Source: Polyangiales bacterium (GTDB taxonomy: Bacteria; Myxococcota_A; Polyangia; Polyangiales; Ga0077539). Taken from it: 64,000 bases of DNA. The notes under the pieces were generated by a model that had not been told where the DNA came from, searched no databases, and worked only from the letters and a program-made list of their open reading frames with translations. The position numbers and the translations under genes were made by a program. Location of the stretch: assembly GCA_044229975.1 (NCBI GenBank), contig JBGARZ010000001.1, positions 1,071,482 to 1,135,481 of the forward strand. The letters run 5' to 3'. Below are positions 57,978 to 64,000 of the stretch, piece by piece (position 1 is the first letter of the stretch; every line of letters begins with the position of its first letter).

Positions 57978-60053
57978 ATGACGTCTGCTTCGTTCCATGA
58001 GCCCGACCCGACGGTCTCTCCGACCGCCGCTGGAGAAAAGGTCTACGACGAATCCATCCGCAGCCAGTTCGCAGGGTTGGATAAGGACGAGCTCATCAAG
58101 CTCCTCATGGACCGACGTCCTGAAGGGATCAACCTCGTCTTCGCTGGCAAGGCGGAGATGCGGCGGATCGTGCGCCGCGTTCGTCCGCGAGCACAGCGAG
58201 AGATCACAAACCTCTGCGTGGGTACCTCGGAGGATCAAGCCCGAAACAAAATCCTAGAGGGTGAAAACCTCCAGGCGATGGTGTCGCTGCACAAGTACCA
58301 TGGGAGCGTGGACCTCATCCTCACAGACCCGCCGTACAACACGGGGCGCGACTTTCGGTATAACGACCGCTGGGAGGAGAACCCGAACGATCCGGACCCT
58401 GGCACGCTCGTATCTGCCGAAGATCCTGCGCGTTATACGAAGTGGATGAAGTTCATGCTCCCGCGCATCCAGATGATGCGGGCGATGCTGAAGCCCTCCG
58501 GTGTCTTGGCCATCTGCATCGACCATCGTGAGTTGTTTCGACTCGGGATTTTGCTGGATGAGGTGTTTGGTCAGGAGAATCGGCTTGGGGTCATCAACTG
58601 GCAAAAGACGACTCCCAAGAACGACACCAAGCACCTCGTCACGTCGACAGAATACGTGCTCATTTACGCGCGGGACGAGGCACGCGCGCGGAGCGGTCTG
58701 CTGGAGCGCAAGGAGTCGACCGATCGCCGCTTCACCAACCCGGACAACGACCCACGCGGAGTCTGGCAGTGGGGGGATCTCACCGCGCGCGAGAACCGGC
58801 CACTCACCAGCTACGCCATTCAGTCTCCATTCACAGGAGAACTTCATCGCCCGCAGCGTCGCCATTGGTCACCCACGCGGGAGCAGATGAAGGAATGGCT
58901 GGAAGCCTGGGGTACGCCCTATGACGACATGAAGGTTGACGCCGATCCGCTGGACGAAGAGTCGATCGCTCCAACCGCACCACGCACCGGCAAGGGCGCT
59001 CACGCTAGCACGAAGAAGCGCCGAGCCCCCGCGCTTGTCCTTCAAGGCTGGTCACCTACCAATAGCGCCGCGCAGAATGCGAAGGTGATCGCAGCGGCCC
59101 GCAAGCGGGCAGCCAAGATTCTGGACCGCGGAAACTGGCCTCCGCTGTATTGGGGACAAGACGGCATGGCCGGGCCTGCCAAGAAACACTGGCTCGCAGC
59201 AGTTAAAGCGGGCGCAGTCCCAACTACGTTTTGGGTCGATGCCGAGGACCACCCGCTCAATCTGGAGAGCGTCTCGTGGGACCACCGCGAGAGCGGTCGC
59301 AGCCGCGATGGTATCGAAGAGTTGGACGCGATCGTAGGCCCAGGGCACGGATTCGAGACGGTCAAACCGCTAAAACTGTTCCGGAAGATCATTCAAATCT
59401 GGTGTCCGCGCGACGGAATAGTCCTTGACCCCTTCGCGGGCTCCGGCACGACAGCCCACGCGCTTCTCGAACTCAACGCAGAGTCGAGCGCAACGCGGTC
59501 ATTCGTGCTCATTGAGCAGGGGCGGGTCGAGCGGGCTGACCAATACGCTCGGACCCTAACCGCGAGTCGTGTAGCGAGGGCGATCACGGGAGCGTGGCAC
59601 GACGGCGCACACTCGGCGCTTGGAGGCGGGTTCACATTCGCCAGTCTTACAGAACAGGTTGACGCGCAGGTTGTTCTCGCCATGGAGCGCGAGGAGATGA
59701 TTGATCTTCTCGTCTCGTCTCACTGGGATAAGGACACCCGCAACCGGCCTACCATCGTCAAGATGGTCTACGACGGATACCATCATCTCATCGCTCGCGA
59801 TGGCGAGGGTCATGGGTACTTCCTACTATGGCACGGCGCGCAGGATCACACGACGCTCGATTCCGAGGCTCACGACGCAATCGTGGATGAGGCTCGCCGC
59901 GCTGGGTTGAAGGCTCCGCACAATGTCTACGCGCGCTACGAAGACTACCAGTCCGAGGACGTGCGCTTCTTCAAGATTCCCGATCGCATTCTGATCCACC
60001 TGGGCGTTGACGAAATGCGAGACGCCTACAACGGGGCTGCGACGACGGCCTGA
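57978..60053 (+). CDS. mod: Adenine-specific DNA methyltransferase, type III Mod-like
   Basis: EGENL, ILTDPPYNTG, WMKFMLPRI, FTNPDNDPRG, TVKPLKL, VLDPFAGSGTT (beta-class motif order). Start is uncertain (alternative ATG 57864). Confidence 0.9.
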   Translation: MTSASFHEPDPTVSPTAAGEKVYDESIRSQFAGLDKDELIKLLMDRRPEGINLVFAGKAEMRRIVRRVRPRAQREITNLCVGTSEDQARNKILEGENLQAMVSLHKYHGSVDLILTDPPYNTGRDFRYNDRWEENPNDPDPGTLVSAEDPARYTKWMKFMLPRIQMMRAMLKPSGVLAICIDHRELFRLGILLDEVFGQENRLGVINWQKTTPKNDTKHLVTSTEYVLIYARDEARARSGLLERKESTDRRFTNPDNDPRGVWQWGDLTARENRPLTSYAIQSPFTGELHRPQRRHWSPTREQMKEWLEAWGTPYDDMKVDADPLDEESIAPTAPRTGKGAHASTKKRRAPALVLQGWSPTNSAAQNAKVIAAARKRAAKILDRGNWPPLYWGQDGMAGPAKKHWLAAVKAGAVPTTFWVDAEDHPLNLESVSWDHRESGRSRDGIEELDAIVGPGHGFETVKPLKLFRKIIQIWCPRDGIVLDPFAGSGTTAHALLELNAESSATRSFVLIEQGRVERADQYARTLTASRVARAITGAWHDGAHSALGGGFTFASLTEQVDAQVVLAMEREEMIDLLVSSHWDKDTRNRPTIVKMVYDGYHHLIARDGEGHGYFLLWHGAQDHTTLDSEAHDAIVDEARRAGLKAPHNVYARYEDYQSEDVRFFKIPDRILIHLGVDEMRDAYNGAATTA

Positions 60054-60066
60054 GCGAAGACCACGG

Positions 60067-62385
60067 ATGCAACTTTTCCCGTTCCAGAGTGAAGCCGCGG
60101 CGACCATCGCCGGTCGATTCGCGGAGTTCTTGGCAAGCGACGACGCGCCGTACGAGACCCGCACAAGGCGGGTTCCGTTCTTTCAGAGCCTCATCGCGAT
60201 CACGAGCGCGGGGAAGACGCCGATCCTCGCAGATGCGCTGGAGCGCATCCGAGAGGCACTCCCAGTCGAGCCGATCGTTCTATGGGTCTCCAAGGGCAAG
60301 GTCGTCGTCGAACAGACCCTGTTCAACTTAGAGAACGGCAAGTACAGTGAGCTGATCCCAGGCTTCCGAGTGAAGCCCCTCAATGAGTGTGGGCGGGAGG
60401 ACATTGAGGAGGTCCCGACTGGCTGCGGCGGCCTGCTCCTGATGGCGACGGTCGCAACCTTCAATCAACGCGACCGCGAGCGCCGCATCTTCAAGCTCGC
60501 GCTCGACTATGCCTCGCAGCCCGTATGGGACATGCTGAAGCTCCGGGAGCTGCCGAGCGGGGTCCGGCGACCGCTTCTGATCGTCTACGATGAAGGGCAT
60601 AACCTGTCGGACCAACAGTCGGAGCTTCTGCTCGGGCTAGCCCCTGACGCGATCGTCGTCGCAAGTGCGACGCCACGCATCCCCGCGCGACTGGAGCCGA
60701 TCGTGCGCCGTCTCAATGAGGCTGGGTGGAAGGAGGACCGGCGTACCGTCCGGGTCGATAGCCAACGGGTTGTCGAGTCTGGGCTCATCAAGACCCGCGC
60801 CGTGCTTGGCGGATACCTCACAGGCATGCAAGCCGCGATCGACGAGATGCTCGTCGATATGGAGGCCACCGCGACGGCAGCAGAAAACCTCGCGTTGCAG
60901 TTCCGGCCCAAGGCCATTTACGTCTGCGCGACGAATGTCGCCGAGGGCGGTGCAACGCGCAGCGAGAAGGATGAACCGAAGCAACCGTTCCAGATGCGCC
61001 GGGCGCCACCCATTCTAATCTGGCGCTATTTGACTGAGGGGAAGAAGATTGACCCCGCCAAGGTCGCGGTTTACTGCGACCTCAACGTCCATAAGGACTT
61101 TCCCCTGCCCGATGGCTTCCGCCTGTTTAATGGCGGAGAACAAGACTTCGCCCTGTTCCGGGAAGGCGGGTTCGAGCACGTCATCTTCAACCTCGGGCTG
61201 CAAGAGGGCTGGGACGACGAAAGCTGCTACTTCGCGTATATTGACAAGAGCATGGGGTCGTCGATTCAGGTCGAGCAGTTGATTGGGCGCGTCTTGCGAC
61301 AGCCCGGAGCTCGGCACTACGCCGATGTTCGGCTCAACTCCGCGCATTTTTACGTACGGGTCGATCGGCGTGAGGTGTTTGCAGATGTTCTGCGTCAGGT
61401 GCGCGAGAGCCTTACGGCCGACAGCAGCCCGGTGGAGATCAGCGCATATACCTCGCGCGGAGAGCGCGACCGAACCGTGATGGAACCCCGCGAGGTGCGT
61501 GTGGTACCGAAGGTGTCGGTCCTCGCGTCCGAGGCTCGGAAGGCGATTGAGCCTATTGCCGCGGCGATCCTCGACTACCGTCAGGACACGACGAACACCT
61601 TGGGTACGGGAGCTAAAGCCAAGGTCTATCAGCGCATCGGGAACGGCGAGGGTGAGGAGGCGTGGGCGTGGGTCGACGCCGCGAGCCGAAACCCGATCAC
61701 AGCCCGCGCTCTGTTTGCTCGCAAGGTGCTCTCGCTGTATCCGCGCGCGCTCAATGTCTTCGACATTGAGGCGCCACGGCTCGACGCCCTGATCGAAGTG
61801 GGCAGCCCTGCCGCCGCGAGCATTGAGGACACAGCGGTGCGCGTCGTCGAAACCTACCTGCGATATAGCAGGCTCGTTCAGAAGTCGTCGGACACCCAGA
61901 TCGTTGGGGCAGTCTCCGCAGACCCTGCGAAGTTCGTAGCCTTCTCTAATGCGCTCCACGCGGGATATAGCGGGCTCAACGGCTTGGAGTTGAAATTCGC
62001 GCACGCGCTCGACCAGAACGGCGGTACATGGTCGCGGAACCCCCCTCGGAGCGGGTTTGGGGTTCCGCTCCTGCGCTCCGGTCCTTTGCAGACGTTCTAC
62101 CCGGACTTTCTCGCATGGAGCAGCGATGGCCAAGCTGTTTTCGGAATCGACACCAAGGGCAAGCACCTCCTCACGGACGACGCGGAGCGGAAATTGCTCG
62201 ATGTCGACCAGATCGGAAGCGGGCTCAAGTTCTACATTCGTTTCGTGAGCGAAGGAGAGTGGTCTAGGGAGGGCGAGCAAATATCGAAGCAAGGACTGTC
62301 AGTGTGGTTGCTTCGCAATGGACGCCCGCACCCGATCCCCTGCGTAGATGCGGCCGCAGCGGTAGAGTGCTGTCTCGCCCTCTAG
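60067..62385 (+). CDS. res: SF2 helicase-nuclease, type III Res-like
   Basis: LFPFQ Q-motif, TSAGKT, YDEGH, SATP, EGWD, EQLIGRVLR; C-terminal FYPDF...IDTKG PD-(D/E)xK nuclease; 13 bp after mod. Confidence 0.88.
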   Translation: MQLFPFQSEAAATIAGRFAEFLASDDAPYETRTRRVPFFQSLIAITSAGKTPILADALERIREALPVEPIVLWVSKGKVVVEQTLFNLENGKYSELIPGFRVKPLNECGREDIEEVPTGCGGLLLMATVATFNQRDRERRIFKLALDYASQPVWDMLKLRELPSGVRRPLLIVYDEGHNLSDQQSELLLGLAPDAIVVASATPRIPARLEPIVRRLNEAGWKEDRRTVRVDSQRVVESGLIKTRAVLGGYLTGMQAAIDEMLVDMEATATAAENLALQFRPKAIYVCATNVAEGGATRSEKDEPKQPFQMRRAPPILIWRYLTEGKKIDPAKVAVYCDLNVHKDFPLPDGFRLFNGGEQDFALFREGGFEHVIFNLGLQEGWDDESCYFAYIDKSMGSSIQVEQLIGRVLRQPGARHYADVRLNSAHFYVRVDRREVFADVLRQVRESLTADSSPVEISAYTSRGERDRTVMEPREVRVVPKVSVLASEARKAIEPIAAAILDYRQDTTNTLGTGAKAKVYQRIGNGEGEEAWAWVDAASRNPITARALFARKVLSLYPRALNVFDIEAPRLDALIEVGSPAAASIEDTAVRVVETYLRYSRLVQKSSDTQIVGAVSADPAKFVAFSNALHAGYSGLNGLELKFAHALDQNGGTWSRNPPRSGFGVPLLRSGPLQTFYPDFLAWSSDGQAVFGIDTKGKHLLTDDAERKLLDVDQIGSGLKFYIRFVSEGEWSREGEQISKQGLSVWLLRNGRPHPIPCVDAAAAVECCLAL

Positions 62386-62704
62386 CCTGCCTACGTATGG
62401 TTGCTCGCTAAATACTGAATGCTCGTGGACCCTAGCGGGTCGGCCGATGCAGCGTTCCGCAAGTGGTAGCGTCACCCATGTCGCTCGATGAACCGTCGGA
62501 TCTTTCGGGGCTTGCCGCAGAAGCATTTGAGGCGGCGTGTCGCGTGACTCGCCATCTCGCAGCGGCGCAACCATTCGCTCGACGAGGCCCATCCCTTCCG
62601 GGTTGTAAACGACGCTCTGCGTCACCGCGCGGTCCCTGCGTCTAACGTCACTGGGCTGTTTGCCCCAAAACTCAGGTCACTGCCTCAAAACTTCCACCGC
62701 GCGG

Positions 62705-62723
62705 CGCGTTTAGGGGCAAAGCC
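62705..62723 (-). repeat. Right terminal inverted repeat (19 bp)
   Basis: CGCGTTTAGGGGCAAAGCC is the exact reverse complement of 53438-53456. Confidence 0.95.
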
Positions 62724-63582
62724 GCTGGGCGGAAAGAACGCCGCCATCGTCCTCGACGACGCCGACCTCGACCGCGCGAGCGCCGGGGTGGTGTGGGGCG
62801 CGCTGGCCAACGGCGGGCAGAACTGCGCCGCGGTGTCGCGGGTGTACGTGCAGCAGGGCGTCGCGGCGGAGTTCGAGAAGCGGGTGCGCGCGCACCTCGC
62901 GCGGGTGAAGGCGGGCCCCGAGGCGGGCGAGTTCTTCGACGTGCCGCCGCTCATCAGTGCGCGTCAGGTGGAGCGCGTCGCGGCGCAGGTGGACCAGGCG
63001 ACGGAGGCAGGCACCGAGGCGCTCGCGCCGGGCGGCAAGCTGGGCGACGCGGGCAACTGGTACGCGCCGGCGGCGTTCAAGACGCCGGGGGACTCGCTGG
63101 CGATCGTGCGCGAGGAGACCTTCGGTCCGGCGTTCACGGTGACGGTGGTGGCGGACGAGGCCGAGGCGTTGCGACGCGCCAACGACGGCGAGTACGGGCT
63201 ATCGGCGAGCGTGTGGACGCGCGATCTCGCGCGCGGCGAGCGGGTGGCGAAGAAGCTCGACGTGGGGACGGTGACGGTCAACAACACGTCGTTCACGCCG
63301 GTGATCACCAACGCGCCGTGGAGCGGTCGGCGGTCGAGCGGGCACGGCACGACCAACTCCCACCGGGCGCTCTTCGAGATGGTGAAGCCGCGCTTCATCC
63401 TCCTCGACTGGAACCAGGGGTCGGAGTTCTGGTGGTTCCCCCACGACGAGTCGCTGGTGACGCTCGCGCGGGGGTTGCTGCGCTTCCTCACTGCGGGCTT
63501 CTCCAACAAGCTCGCCGGGCTGCCCGCGGCGCTGAAGCTGCTGCCCGCGCGCATCAAGGCCATCAGCCGTCCGGTGGTCTGA
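62724..63582 (+). pseudogene. Aldehyde dehydrogenase, 3' fragment (starts with the right TSD copy)
   Basis: LGGKNAAIV, NGGQNCAA (catalytic Cys), EETFGP, ANDGEYGLSASVW. Confidence 0.92.
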
Positions 63583-63658
63583 CAGGTTCGTCGAAGTGAC
63601 GGGCGCCCGGAGTCGGGCGCCTCGCTGCTTGCTGAGACTTCAGTGCCCCAAATGCAGA

Positions 63659-63692
63659 AGATCCGGCTCCCAGTGTATTGGGAGCCGGATCT
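63659..63692. terminator. 14-bp-stem hairpin between the convergent ALDH and tRNA-fMet
   Basis: AGATCCGGCTCCCA-GTGTAT-TGGGAGCCGGATCT; a second hairpin GGCGCCCG/CGGGCGCC lies at about 63602-63620. Confidence 0.75.
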
Positions 63693-63702
63693 ATCTGACG
63701 GT

Positions 63703-63779
<77 letters not shown>

Positions 63780-63792
63780 TCAGGGGAAGGCG

Positions 63793-63821
63793 CTTCTATC
63801 GCTCCCCTCTCAGGTCGTCAA
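63793..63821 (-). promoter_or_regulatory. Sigma-70 promoter of tRNA-fMet
   Basis: Minus strand TTGACG, 17-bp spacer, TAGAAG. Confidence 0.65.
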
Positions 63822-64000
63822 CGAAATAACATCACACCGTCAACGCGACCCGCCACGCCCTCCCCCGCGCCCACCACCGCCGCGTGCGGCCCCCGGCTTC
63901 GACGGTGCTCCCCCACGGCCCTTCGGCGCTGTTCCCTTCGCCTCGCGACGAGGCGTGCCCGTCGACCCACCGCCGCGCGTCGCCGGTCCGCCGCCGCGCG

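Larger units (their letters stand above)
53438..62723. mobile_element. 9,286-bp cargo-carrying transposon (IS5/IS903-like ends, SWIM-DDE transposase, type III-like R-M cargo)
   Basis: Perfect 19-bp TIRs GGCTTTGCCCCTAAACGCG (53438-53456, inverted at 62705-62723); 9-bp TSD. Removing the element plus one TSD copy restores ALDH ...LELGGKNAAIV. Confidence 0.95.

Noticed and set aside
53438..62723. Group II intron, intein or prophage as the element splitting ALDH
   Set aside because: There is no reverse transcriptase, intein motif, integrase or phage gene. TIRs, a 9-bp TSD and a DDE enzyme explain the insertion.

Overview
This is a very GC-rich window whose gene content (MYXO-CTERM tails, PEGA/TPR, FG-GAP and Cys-rich lipoproteins, a Ser/Thr kinase) points to a myxobacterium (Myxococcota); that assignment is inference. 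From left to right it holds: a partial MATE pump with a structured leader; an FG-GAP lipoprotein; tRNA-Pro(CGG); a sigma-54-controlled sulfane-sulfur module (TauE, two YeeE/YedE, persulfide dioxygenase-rhodanese, enhancer-binding protein); a cluster of CxxCH lipoproteins with an ECF sigma/anti-sigma pair; a GMC oxidoreductase-hydrolase fusion; an orphan T6SS spike cassette with three tandem vgrG plus DUF2169, pentapeptide, DUF3540 and DUF4150 genes; kup; a GreA/B-family gene; a multicopper oxidase; a Fur-boxed heme uptake operon (two HmuY, a protease/MYXO-CTERM/TonB-receptor fusion, HmuTUV, HemS); a decayed subtilase; a kinase-PEGA-RCC1 operon; and tRNA-fMet. The standout is a 9,286-bp transposon (53438-62723) with perfect 19-bp terminal inverted repeats and a 9-bp target duplication. 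It splits an aldehyde dehydrogenase gene at its ELGGK motif, has a single IS903-like DDE transposase fused to an N-terminal SWIM zinc finger, and carries three small DNA-binding proteins, a beta-barrel-like gene and a type III-like Mod/Res restriction system. Family names come from motif recognition by eye; no database searches were run.
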